Below the pieces are notes generated by a model. The model worked only from the letters and a program-made list of their open reading frames with translations. It made no database searches and was not told where the DNA came from. Below are positions 21,893 to 30,966 of a DNA stretch of 64,000 nt, piece by piece (positions within the stretch are counted from its first letter, which is position 1; each line of letters begins with the position of its first letter). The translations under genes were made by a program, and so were the position numbers. The stretch covers positions 136,118-200,117 of the forward strand of contig CAWAMP010000022.1 of the NCBI GenBank assembly GCA_963783255.1, read 5' to 3'. This DNA comes from an uncultured Acidobacteriota bacterium (GTDB lineage Bacteria > Acidobacteriota > Vicinamibacteria > Vicinamibacterales > Fen-181).

Positions 21893-23476
21893 ATGCGCAC
21901 GCTCACGCCGCCTGTCGGGTTGGCACCGCGTTTGATGGCACCCGCATTAGATCGACCATCCCAGTGCCTGGAGGCCTTGATGCTTCGATTGGGCGATGCT
22001 TCCCTCGACGTGCTTCCCCCGACGCTCGCACGCCCGTGGGGCCGCGGGCGCGACCGGCGAGAGGCCCTGGCGCGTCTTCTCGGCTCGCTTGCCGAGCACG
22101 TTCGGTCCGGGCGTGAGGCGCCCACCCTCGCCGCGTGTTTCGAGTCCGCAGTCAGGGAAACGCTGAGAGCACAGGCGGTCCGCCTGCGCGAGAACCCTCC
22201 GCCACCCGTCGCCGAAATCCCGCCCGCTGCAACGCCGAACCGGCAGGTGTCGATGGAGGTGCCGACGCGGCGAGGCCTCCCGAGTGTCGTCATGGAAGCG
22301 ACACTCGAGTCGGAACTTGCGCTGGACGCCTGGGACATCCAGATAATGCAGGCCGCGGCGCAGGTGGCGGCGCTGGTCGTCGAGCTGGATCGGCACAGGT
22401 GCGCGCCTCGACCTGCGCTCGGCGTCACACGGCGGCCCGATTCGGGCACGCCCCCGATCATTGGCTCGAGCCCTGCGATGACGACGCTGCGGGAGAACAT
22501 CGCTCGGGTGGCTGCGACGGACTTCACGGTGTTGATTCAGGGGGAGAGCGGGACGGGGAAGGAGTTGGTGGCCAGGCAGCTCCATCACCTCGGCCGGCGC
22601 CGCCACGGGCCGTTCGTCGCCGTCAACTGCGCGGCCATCGTCGAATCGCTGCTCGAGGCCGAGTTGTTCGGTATCGAGGACCGGACGGCCACCGGGGTGC
22701 GCGGCCGCCGTGGCAAGTTCGAGCATGCGGACGGCGGTACGTTGTTCCTCGATGAAGTGTCTGATCTGGCCCCGTCGGCGCAGGCCAAGCTGTTGCGCGC
22801 GATCCAGGAACTGGTCGTCGAGCGTGTCGGCGGGCACACAAGCCGGCGAGTGGACACACGAATCATCGTCGCCACCAACAAGGACCTCAGGGAGTTGGCG
22901 GCGACCGGCCAGTTCCGTGAGGACCTCTTCTATCGACTCTCGGGCGTGGAACTGCATGTGCCGCCTCTCAGGGCGCGGCGGCAGGACATCCCGGACCTTT
23001 CCACCTACTTCCTTTCGAGGTATCAGACGCGTCGATCGATCACGCTCAGCGCTGAGGCGGCGGAGGCGATGCAGATCTACGACTGGCCGGGAAACGTGCG
23101 TGAGCTGGAGCGTCTCATCGAAGGGGCGGTGACGCTGGCGGCCTCCGAGTGGGTGACGATTGGCGACCTGCCGCCCGCGCTCCGCGGCGACTGCGCCGAG
23201 GCGCTCGGCTCGTCGCTGAAGCGGAACGACACGATGCGGGCGTGGGGGGCTCGTTACGCCAGGCTGGTGTTCGAGCGTTGTCAGCAGAACAAGCGGCGGG
23301 CGTGTGAAACGCTGGACATCAGCTACCACACCCTGATGGCGTACCTGCAGCACGGGTCGCAATCCCACACGTCGAAGCGCCGCGAGGCGACCTGGGATGC
23401 CGACGCGTTGGACGGAGGCCAGGCTCCGGCACCCGCCGATGAGAACGGCGCTCTCGGAGGGGCGTCACCGGGTTGA
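21893..23476 (+). CDS. AAA+ enhancer-binding-protein-family transcriptional regulator with an unrecognised N-terminal domain and a degenerate GAFTGA loop
   Basis: Walker A GESGTGKE, Walker B LFLDEV, R-finger region and C-terminal HTH. The loop reads ELFGIEDRTATGV instead of ELFG.EKGAFTGA. Start candidates are TTG 21830, ATG 21854 and ATG 21893 (2 nt after the PilZ stop). Confidence 0.8.
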   Translation: MRTLTPPVGLAPRLMAPALDRPSQCLEALMLRLGDASLDVLPPTLARPWGRGRDRREALARLLGSLAEHVRSGREAPTLAACFESAVRETLRAQAVRLRENPPPPVAEIPPAATPNRQVSMEVPTRRGLPSVVMEATLESELALDAWDIQIMQAAAQVAALVVELDRHRCAPRPALGVTRRPDSGTPPIIGSSPAMTTLRENIARVAATDFTVLIQGESGTGKELVARQLHHLGRRRHGPFVAVNCAAIVESLLEAELFGIEDRTATGVRGRRGKFEHADGGTLFLDEVSDLAPSAQAKLLRAIQELVVERVGGHTSRRVDTRIIVATNKDLRELAATGQFREDLFYRLSGVELHVPPLRARRQDIPDLSTYFLSRYQTRRSITLSAEAAEAMQIYDWPGNVRELERLIEGAVTLAASEWVTIGDLPPALRGDCAEALGSSLKRNDTMRAWGARYARLVFERCQQNKRRACETLDISYHTLMAYLQHGSQSHTSKRREATWDADALDGGQAPAPADENGALGGASPG

Positions 23477-23629
23477 GCCAGTCGCGAGGTCGGCCCGCGC
23501 GGGGCACGCCGCGCATGCCGGGTGCCTCCGGCGAAGAGCGTCAGCGAGGCAGGATGGAGTGCCGTCGAGGTCGCGCGCTGACGGGCGGGTCCGTGGCAAA
23601 CGCCGGACCCGCGGATCCGGAGGTGTGCG

Positions 23630-24475
23630 ATGAGGGTAGGAAGGGCGAGCGGCACGCGGGAGGCGCCGGCCGACGACGCGCGGCCGGGCCGCCGCGCGTT
23701 CCTGCGCGCGGGCGCGGGCTGTGCGCTGCCGCTGGTGGCGGGCGTGATGTCGGAGAGCCGGGGAATCGCCGCGTCGGCTGCGCCCCGGCGGGAGCCGATC
23801 CGTCAGGATTCGACCGAGGCCGTGCTGACCCACGTTCAGCAGGAACTGGCTCGAACCTATCATGCGATGCGCGGACCGGCCGGGGTACGCGGCGAGCACA
23901 TTCGCCTGCTTGCTGCGAACCTGGACCTGATCGGTGTGTGCCTGCAGTCGGGGAACGACGACTCGCGCGCGGACGCCGCGTTGCGGGAGCGGATCGGGGA
24001 GAATGGGCGCGACGCCGCGACCGACGAGTACCTCGCGTCCTACGACGAACTCGCCGTCGAGGTCAATCTGCAGTACGGCGTGGTCCCGCGGGGAGGCCGC
24101 GATCGTTCGCGGGCGCCCGCAGTTCTCGATTCCGTGGCCGTGCGCGGCGTCGTCTCCACCGTGCGCGGGCACAAGGCCGCCTTGAACAGGCTGGCCGCCG
24201 CCATCGACCGCGCAGAGACGGTCCGGGGCGCCGGGGCGAGGCCGCTGGCCGTTCGCCAGAAACCCGGTGATGACTTCCTTGGGTATCCTCCAGGCTCTGT
24301 CTTCGACGACGCGAGCATGTGCCAGCAACTGGAGGCCCTTCAAATCGCCGTCGAGCTGACGGCTGCGGTGCTGGCATTGGTGGGCGGCGGGACGGCCGCC
24401 GCGGCCTTGGCGCTGGCAGCGGTCATTCTCGGCCTGGTGATGTTCATCTCATGCGGACAGAACGTGGCAGCCTGA
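23630..24475 (+). CDS. Hypothetical protein with a twin-arginine signal and a C-terminal hydrophobic anchor
   Basis: GGAGG 6 nt upstream of the ATG. RRAFLRAGAG Tat-type motif. C-terminus AAVLALVGGGTAAAALALAAVILGLVMFI. No family recognised. Confidence 0.55.
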   Translation: MRVGRASGTREAPADDARPGRRAFLRAGAGCALPLVAGVMSESRGIAASAAPRREPIRQDSTEAVLTHVQQELARTYHAMRGPAGVRGEHIRLLAANLDLIGVCLQSGNDDSRADAALRERIGENGRDAATDEYLASYDELAVEVNLQYGVVPRGGRDRSRAPAVLDSVAVRGVVSTVRGHKAALNRLAAAIDRAETVRGAGARPLAVRQKPGDDFLGYPPGSVFDDASMCQQLEALQIAVELTAAVLALVGGGTAAAALALAAVILGLVMFISCGQNVAA

Positions 24476-24738
24476 CCTGGGCATACGTCTTCTTCTGGTG
24501 CGGAGCGCTGGCCGCCATTCTTGGATTCTGGCGAGCGGAGACCACTCCGGGCACCTCGGCAGCGCGGCGGGCCCCGGAAACCGTCGTTGCGCTCGCGATG
24601 CTCGCGGTCTTCGTCGGAGGCACGCTGCTCACCGAGCGCCGGCTGCCGACCAGGACCCCGGCTGCCGCGCGGGGAAGCGTGCTGATGCTGGCTGGGGTGG
24701 GGCTCCTGCTGGCGTCCGTGCTCCTGAGACTCCGCTAG
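24451..24738 (+). CDS. Small hypothetical membrane protein (~95 aa, about 3 hydrophobic segments)
   Basis: ATG at 24451 within ORF 24319..24738. Reads WAYVFFWCGALAAILGFW..., VVALAMLAVFVGGTLL..., VLMLAGVGLLLASVLL. It overlaps the preceding gene by 25 nt. Confidence 0.45.
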   Translation: MRTERGSLTWAYVFFWCGALAAILGFWRAETTPGTSAARRAPETVVALAMLAVFVGGTLLTERRLPTRTPAAARGSVLMLAGVGLLLASVLLRLR

Positions 24739-24755
24739 GGTCGGCGTCGTGATGG

Positions 24756-24794
24756 GGAGGGAGCGGCAGGCGTCTCAGGCTGCCGGCTCCCTCC
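24756..24794 (+). terminator. GC-rich stem-loop after the small membrane-protein gene
   Basis: GGAGGGAGC/GGCAG ... CTGCC(g)GCTCCCTCC forms about 14 bp with one bulge, starting 18 nt after the TAG at 24736-24738. There is no U-tract, so the function is inferred. Confidence 0.3.
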
Positions 24795-24890
24795 ATCCCG
24801 CCACATCCCGCGCGCCTTGACCCTCTCGCGGGCCGCATCGTACCTGTTACCCATCGGCGTGTCCGCTGCCTCATCGCTTCCGGCCATTCG

Positions 24891-26006
24891 ATGGTTCCAC
24901 CAAGCCCACCCCCGCGCAAGACCCCGTTGAACGCCTGGCATCGAAGCCATGCCGGCCAGATGCTCGATTTCGCCGGGTGGGACATGCCTGGCAACTACGG
25001 TCATGCGAACGAGGAACACCTCGCGGTGCGCACACGGGCCGGCCTGTTCGACCTGAGCCACATGGGGCAGGTGGAGCTGGCGGGGAAGGACGCGGCGGCG
25101 GCCGTTCAGTGGATGACCTGCAACGACGCAGCGAGGCTCCACCCGGGGGAGATTCAGCACTCCGCCCTCACCACGCCTGCGGGGACCTTCGTCGACGACA
25201 TCGTCATCTACCGGCTCGGTTCGGATCACTTTCTGGTTGTCGTCAACGCGTCCAACGTTCAGAAGGACGTGGCATGGATCGTCGAGCAGGTGCGGCGCTT
25301 CGGGGATGTCGCGGTCGTGGACACCAGCTCACGGTATGCGTTGCTGACGCTGCAGGGACCGGCGTCGCGGGCCGCCCTGCAGGGGCTGACCGGCGTCGAC
25401 CTGGAGAAGGTGGACCACTTCTCGTTTGCCTATGGGGAAGTCGCCGGCGCCCGGGCTACAATCTCAAGAACCTCCCGCTCGGGAGAAGACGGCTTCGAGG
25501 TCTTCGTTCCTCCCCAGTCGGCTCCCAGGGTCTGGCAGGCGATCCTGCAGGAGGGTGCCGACGCCGGTGTCGTCCCGGCCGGTCTGAGGGCGCTCGACAC
25601 GCTGCGGCTCGAAGCCGCCGGTCGGCTCTACGGCGCCGACATCGACGAGACGACGACCGTACTCGAGGCGGGCCTCGAGTCGATCGTCGCCTGGGACAAG
25701 GGCGACTTCATCGGGCGGGGAGCGCTGGCGACGCAGAGAGAGCACGGCCTCTCGCGCAGTCTCGTCGGGTTCGAGATGGCCGAGGCTGTCGTCGCCGGCC
25801 GGGGCTGCCAGGCATTCGTCGGGGGCGCGACCGCGGGAATCGTGACCAGCGGGGCAGAGACCCCGCACGTGGGGAAGGCGATCGGCCTGGCGTACCTGTC
25901 GATTGCGCACACGGAGCCTGGAACCGAGTTCAACGTGGATGTCGCTGGCCGCCGCTCGAAGGCACGGGTGGCGGCACTGCCGTTCTACAAGCGTCCAAAG
26001 GGGTGA
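24891..26006 (+). CDS. gcvT: Glycine cleavage system aminomethyltransferase (T protein)
   Basis: ...MLDFAGWDMPGNY...RTRAGLFDLSHMGQVEL... is typical GcvT, and it lies in operon context with gcvH/P. Confidence 0.9.
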   Translation: MVPPSPPPRKTPLNAWHRSHAGQMLDFAGWDMPGNYGHANEEHLAVRTRAGLFDLSHMGQVELAGKDAAAAVQWMTCNDAARLHPGEIQHSALTTPAGTFVDDIVIYRLGSDHFLVVVNASNVQKDVAWIVEQVRRFGDVAVVDTSSRYALLTLQGPASRAALQGLTGVDLEKVDHFSFAYGEVAGARATISRTSRSGEDGFEVFVPPQSAPRVWQAILQEGADAGVVPAGLRALDTLRLEAAGRLYGADIDETTTVLEAGLESIVAWDKGDFIGRGALATQREHGLSRSLVGFEMAEAVVAGRGCQAFVGGATAGIVTSGAETPHVGKAIGLAYLSIAHTEPGTEFNVDVAGRRSKARVAALPFYKRPKG

Positions 26007-26009
26007 ACG

Positions 26010-26375
26010 ATGTATCCGGAATCCTACAAGTACACGAACGACCACGAGTGGATCGACATGGCAACCGGCCGCATGGGCGTGACCGACTACGCCCAGAAAC
26101 AGCTGGGGGACATCGTGTTCCTTGAACTTCCCGAGATTGGGAAGACGGTCAAGAAGGGTGAGCAGGTCGGTTCGGTGGAGTCGGTCAAGGCCGTATCGGA
26201 GATCTTCGCCCCGATCTCGGGGACGGTGATCGCGGTCAACACGGGCCTCGCCGAGAAGCCCGAGGGCATCAACCACGACGCGCATGGCAGCTGGATCGTT
26301 GCGTTCCAGCCTGCCGACCCGGCCGAGGCGCAGGGCCTGCTCGATGCTGCGCAGTATGCAGAGTTGACCAAGTGA
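26010..26375 (+). CDS. gcvH: Glycine cleavage system H protein
   Basis: YTNDHEWI and lipoyl-lysine motif VESVKAVSEI, 121 aa. Confidence 0.95.
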   Translation: MYPESYKYTNDHEWIDMATGRMGVTDYAQKQLGDIVFLELPEIGKTVKKGEQVGSVESVKAVSEIFAPISGTVIAVNTGLAEKPEGINHDAHGSWIVAFQPADPAEAQGLLDAAQYAELTK

Positions 26376-27721
26376 CACACCGCTACATTCCCAACACGGA
26401 CCAGGACGCGCGGCGGATGCTCGAGGCCATCGGTGTCCCGAGCATCGACGCGCTGTTCGAGCCGGTTCCCGCGGCGGTTCGGCTCCAGCGCGCGCTCGAC
26501 CTGCCGCCGGCGCTCTCCGAGCCCGACCTGCACGCTCATCTTGGCGCGCTGGCGGGGCAGAACGCCAGCCCGTCCACGTTCGCCTCATTCCTCGGCGCGG
26601 GTGCCTACCGGCATTTCGCCCCGAGCTTCATCGACCAGCTTCTGCTGCGGTCGGAGTTCTACACTGCCTACACGCCGTACCAGCCCGAGATCGCCCAAGG
26701 CACGCTCCAGGCGATCTTCGAGTTCCAGACGCTCGTCTCCGAGTTGATGGGCACGGACCTGGCGAACGCCTCGATGTACGACGGCAGCACGGCGATGGCC
26801 GAGGCGGCGATGATGGCCTGCCGTCTGACCAGGCGCGATCGCATCGTGGTCGCACGCACGGTTCACCCGCACTACCGCGAGGTGCTGGGCACCTACGCGC
26901 AGAATCTGGGCCTGTCGATCGTCGAAGTCGGCTACAAGGCCGATGGTGCAGTCGACGAGGCTCGATTGTCCGAGGCGGCGATGGGCGCCGCGGCCGTCAT
27001 CATTCAGTATCCGAACTTCTTCGGTGTCATCGAGGATCCGCGGAAGGCCGCCGAACGCGCCAGGCAAGCCGGTGCCCTGAGCGTGGCCGTTGTGACGGAG
27101 CCGGTGGCCATGGGGCTGCTCGCGCCTCCCGGCAGCCTGGGCGTTGACATCGTCGCGGCGGAGCTCCAGGCCTTCGGCGTCCCGCTCGGGTATGGCGGAC
27201 CCTACTGCGGCGTCATCGCCGCGTCCGAGAAGTGCATGCGGCAGATGCCAGGCCGGTTCGTCGGCATGGCCACGGATACCGAGGGGCGTGCCGGGTTCGT
27301 CCTGACGCTGGCGACGCGCGAGCAGCACATCCGCCGCGAGAAGGCCACCTCCAACATCTGCACGAACTCGGGCCTCATGGCCCTCGCAGCGACGATGTTC
27401 ATGGCGGCCTACGGCAAGGCCGGACTCCCGGAACTGGCGAAGCTCAACTTCGACAAGGCGCACTACGCGCAGTCGGCCATCGCGAAGGCGGCCGGGAGAG
27501 GCACTGCGCTGCGCTTCCAGGCGCCGTTCTTCAACGAGTTCGTCGTTGGCGGCCTCGGCGATGCCGCGGCGATCCAGAAACGCCTCCTGAATTCCGGGCT
27601 GATCGCCGGTTTCCCGCTCGGGAGGGATTACCCCGAGCTGACGGATTCGCTGCTGATCTGCGCGACCGAACTCAATCGCGCCGAGGACATCGACCGCCTG
27701 GCGGCTGCGCTGGCAGGGTAG
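26372..27721 (+). CDS. gcvPA: Glycine dehydrogenase (decarboxylating) subunit 1
   Basis: The GTG start overlaps the gcvH stop (GTGA). YIPNT..., FLGAGAYRH and YTPYQPEIAQGTLQAIFEFQT are characteristic. Confidence 0.95.
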   Translation: MTHRYIPNTDQDARRMLEAIGVPSIDALFEPVPAAVRLQRALDLPPALSEPDLHAHLGALAGQNASPSTFASFLGAGAYRHFAPSFIDQLLLRSEFYTAYTPYQPEIAQGTLQAIFEFQTLVSELMGTDLANASMYDGSTAMAEAAMMACRLTRRDRIVVARTVHPHYREVLGTYAQNLGLSIVEVGYKADGAVDEARLSEAAMGAAAVIIQYPNFFGVIEDPRKAAERARQAGALSVAVVTEPVAMGLLAPPGSLGVDIVAAELQAFGVPLGYGGPYCGVIAASEKCMRQMPGRFVGMATDTEGRAGFVLTLATREQHIRREKATSNICTNSGLMALAATMFMAAYGKAGLPELAKLNFDKAHYAQSAIAKAAGRGTALRFQAPFFNEFVVGGLGDAAAIQKRLLNSGLIAGFPLGRDYPELTDSLLICATELNRAEDIDRLAAALAG

Positions 27722-27738
27722 CCGCGAGGATTCCATAC

Positions 27739-29208
27739 ATGACCACATCCGATCTTCGCGATCAGCTGATCTTCGAGTTGAGTGCGCCGGGCCGACAGGG
27801 CTACTCGCTTCCCGAGCACGACGTTCCGCAGGCCCCGCTCGAAGGCGGCGTGCCGGACGGGCTGCTTCGGCAGGGTCTCGACGGTTTCCCGGAGATGACC
27901 GAAATCGGTCTCGTGCGCCACTTCACGCGGCTGTCGACCTGGAACTACGGCGTCGACACGGGCATGTACCCGCTCGGGTCGTGCACGATGAAGTACAACC
28001 CGAAGGTGAACGAATCGGCCGCGCGGATCAGCGGCTTTGCCGACCTGCACCCGCTGGCGCCTGACGAGGTCGCGCAGGGGGCCCTCGCGCTGCTGCACGC
28101 GACCGCCGTCATGCTCGGCGAGATCACCGGCCTGCCGGCCGTCTCGCTGCAGCCGGCAGCCGGCGCTCACGGGGAACTCACGGGGATGATGATGATCCGC
28201 AAGCATCTCGTCACCCGCGACGGCAACCCGCGCAAGCTGGTGCTGATCCCCGACTCGGCCCACGGCACGAACCCGTCGTCCGCCCACTTCTGCGGGTACG
28301 ACGTCCGCGAGATCAAGTCGGGCGCGAAGGGCAACCTGTCCGTTTCGGCGCTGGCGGAAGCCATGAGCCCGGACGTCGCTGCGCTCATGCTCACCAACCC
28401 GAACACGCTCGGGATGTTCGAGGACGAGATCTGCGACGCGGCCCGGATTGTCCACGGGAAGGGCGGCCTGGTGTATTGCGACGGCGCGAACATGAACGCG
28501 CTGGTGGGCAGGGCGCGGCCGGGCGACTTCGGCATGGACATCATGCACCTGAACCTGCACAAGACCTTTTCCACGCCGCACGGCGGAGGAGGGCCGGGGT
28601 CCGGCCCGGTGGTGGCGGTCCAGGCACTGGAGCCGTACCTGCCCACGCCGATCGTGATGGCCGGTCGCGAGGGCATGCGGCTCGAGTACGACCGGCCGCT
28701 GTCGATCGGCCGGGTGAAGGCGTTTCAGGGGAATTTCGGCATGGCCGTCCGTGCCTACGCGTACATCCGCTCGCTCGGCGCGACTGGTCTCAGGCAGACC
28801 GCCGACAACGCGGTGCTGAACGCGAACTACGTGCGCGCGAAGCTCCGGGATGTTTATGAGGTGCCCTACGACCGCGTGAACATGCACGAAGTGATTCTCT
28901 CGGATCACAAGCAGAACGAATACGGCGTGACGACGCTGGATATCGCGAAGCGGCTGATCGATCTCGGTTTCCACCCGCCGACCATCTACTTCCCGCTGAT
29001 CGTGCACGGCGCGCTGATGGTGGAGCCGACCGAGAGCGAGGGGCTCGACGAGCTCGATCGTTTCGTTGCGGCGATGAGACAGATTGCCGAGGAAGCCAGG
29101 ACGACGCCCGAGCTGCTGAAGAAGGCGCCCGTGACGACGCGCAGGAGCCGGTTCGACGAGGCGACGGCCGCCAGGAAACCGGTGCTGCGCTGGAGGCCGG
29201 GAGTCTAG
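27739..29208 (+). CDS. gcvPB: Glycine dehydrogenase (decarboxylating) subunit 2
   Basis: ATG at 27739 within ORF 27232..29208. LIFELS..., YPLGSCTMKYNP and PLP-lysine context NLHKTFSTPHGGGGPG. Confidence 0.95.
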   Translation: MTTSDLRDQLIFELSAPGRQGYSLPEHDVPQAPLEGGVPDGLLRQGLDGFPEMTEIGLVRHFTRLSTWNYGVDTGMYPLGSCTMKYNPKVNESAARISGFADLHPLAPDEVAQGALALLHATAVMLGEITGLPAVSLQPAAGAHGELTGMMMIRKHLVTRDGNPRKLVLIPDSAHGTNPSSAHFCGYDVREIKSGAKGNLSVSALAEAMSPDVAALMLTNPNTLGMFEDEICDAARIVHGKGGLVYCDGANMNALVGRARPGDFGMDIMHLNLHKTFSTPHGGGGPGSGPVVAVQALEPYLPTPIVMAGREGMRLEYDRPLSIGRVKAFQGNFGMAVRAYAYIRSLGATGLRQTADNAVLNANYVRAKLRDVYEVPYDRVNMHEVILSDHKQNEYGVTTLDIAKRLIDLGFHPPTIYFPLIVHGALMVEPTESEGLDELDRFVAAMRQIAEEARTTPELLKKAPVTTRRSRFDEATAARKPVLRWRPGV

Positions 29209-29264
29209 CGGGACCCCTCGACCGTCTGAAGCGGGGCGTCTCGCTCGCCGCCTCGCTTCGACCG

Positions 29265-30156
29265 CTACCACTTCATCGCCGCAACCTGCCGCCGGAACTC
29301 GGTCAGCAGGCGCCTGGTCACGGGGCCGGGTGTCCCGTTGCCGATCTGGCTGTCTCCTACCGTGACGATGGGGACAATCTCGCGAGTCGTGCTGGTCAGG
29401 AACATCTCGTCGGCGTCGAACAGGTCCCGGTCGCCCAGCGTCATCTCGCGCACGGCCACACCGCACGCCTTGCCCACATCGAACACGAACGCCCGGGTTA
29501 TTCCGGCCAGCAGCCCCGCCTCGATGGGCGGCGTCAGCACGCTGCCGTCCTTGACGACGAACAGGTTCGACTGCGAACACTCGGAGATTTCGCTCCGGTA
29601 GTTCCGCATGATTGCCTCGAACCCCCCTTGCCGCAAGGCGAACTGGGCCGCCAGCGCGTTGTTCAGCAGGTTGTTCGACTTGATCAACGGGTTGATCGAG
29701 AACGGATGATTGCGGACGACCGGAACGAGGACGACCTTGACGCCCTTCTCGTAGGCCTCGACCGGAGGATCGAGCTGGGGCTTGATGATGATGATCAGCG
29801 TGGGCACCGGGCAGGCGGCCGGATCGTACGTCATCTGCCCGACGCCGCGCGTCAGCAGCACACGGATGTACATCTCCGTGCCCTGTCCGGATTCTCCCGC
29901 GGCGTCGTAGAAGACGACCGCGGTCTCTTCGATCCGCGCCAGGAGTTCGGCGTCGGTGAACGGGACCCCGAGGTTGATCATGCCCGCCGACCGCCTCAGG
30001 CGATCGACGTGCGCACCGTAGAGGAAGGGTCTACGCCGGTAGGTCCGCATCACCTCGTAGACGCCCTCCCCGTACAGGAAGCCGTGGTCCAGGTCCGGAA
30101 ATCACCGCCTCGCGTTCGCCCGTGATGCGGCCGTTGACGTAGATCGTCGCTGCCAT
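29265..30156 (-). pseudogene. Class IV (branched-chain / D-amino-acid) aminotransferase, interrupted by a +1 frameshift near 30095-30099
   Basis: ATG at 30156 (GGAGG 7 nt upstream) gives MAATIYVNGRITGEREAVIS, then nonsense. ORF 29265..30053 carries the rest (…MRTYRRRPFLYGAHVDRL…). Deleting one base in ATTTCCGGACC restores ...EAVISDLDHGFLYGEGVYEVMRTY.... Confidence 0.85.
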
Positions 30157-30188
30157 TCACGTCCCTCCAGCCTGAGCCTCTCCGATGG

Positions 30189-30966
30189 TCAGTCGCGCCC
30201 GCGGGCGACACCCTCCTGCCGCAATCGGAGCCCGATGTCCACGAGGTGCCGGGCGAGAATCCGCATGGGGTCCACCAGCGGAACCCCGACGGACCGCAGG
30301 GCGTCCAGACACATCGACAGCTCGGAACATCCAACCACGATGACGCCTGCGCCTCTGTCAACGAGCGTTCGGGTCACGCCGAGCACATCCGCTGCCGCGC
30401 GCGCTCCCTCGTTCACCTTGACCGCCAGGATGGCCTCCGACACGACCCACTGGTCGACCTCGCCGGGCAGAACCCAGTCGAGTGTGACGCCTGGCAGCCC
30501 GTCCTGGTAGACCCGCTGTTCGATGGTCCCGACGGTGGCCAGCAGGCCTACTCGTCGCCCGCGTCCGCGCTCATCGACCAGCGACTGAAGCGCCAGTTCC
30601 ACCATGTTCACGATCGGGACGTCCACCCCCCGTTGAATCTCGGCAAGCCTGGCGTGCGCCGTGTTGCACGGGATGGCGATGTGCGACACGCCTGCGCCGA
30701 CCAGGAGCTGAGCCGAGGCGCGGACGGCGTCGGCGTAGTGGCGGCCCCCGTCCTCCGCGAGCGAACGCATCCGCTCCGGCACTTGCGGATTCGTGAAGCA
30801 CATGACCTGGAAATGGTCCTGGTCCTTTCGGGCTGGCGTGGCCTCGATGATCAGTTGCTGCAAGTACCACGCCTGCCAGCGGGCCCATACCGCCCACGAT
30901 GCCGATCCTGAAGGGCAGGCCCGAAAGCGGATCCTGAGGCAGGGGTTCAATGTCCTGGTTGGGCAT
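30189..30966 (-). pseudogene. Aspartate/glutamate racemase-family protein, interrupted by a +1 frameshift at ~30872
   Basis: ATG at 30966 gives MPNQDIEPLPQDPLSGLPFRIGIVGGMGPLAG in the frame of ORF 30571..31470. The frame of ORF 30189..31274 continues WYLQQLIIEATPARKDQDHFQVMCFTNPQVPER...IPCNTAH...VVGCSELS. Deleting one G of GCAGGCG joins them colinearly. Confidence 0.85.

Noticed and set aside
24739-24890. Looked for a glycine riboswitch upstream of gcvT, a frequent arrangement.
   Set aside because: I could not find the paired GGAGAG...CACCG(A/G)AGGGG...CTCTGGAGAG-type cores. The only clear structure is a simple hairpin (24756-24794). A covariance-model scan (Rfam RF00504) would be decisive.
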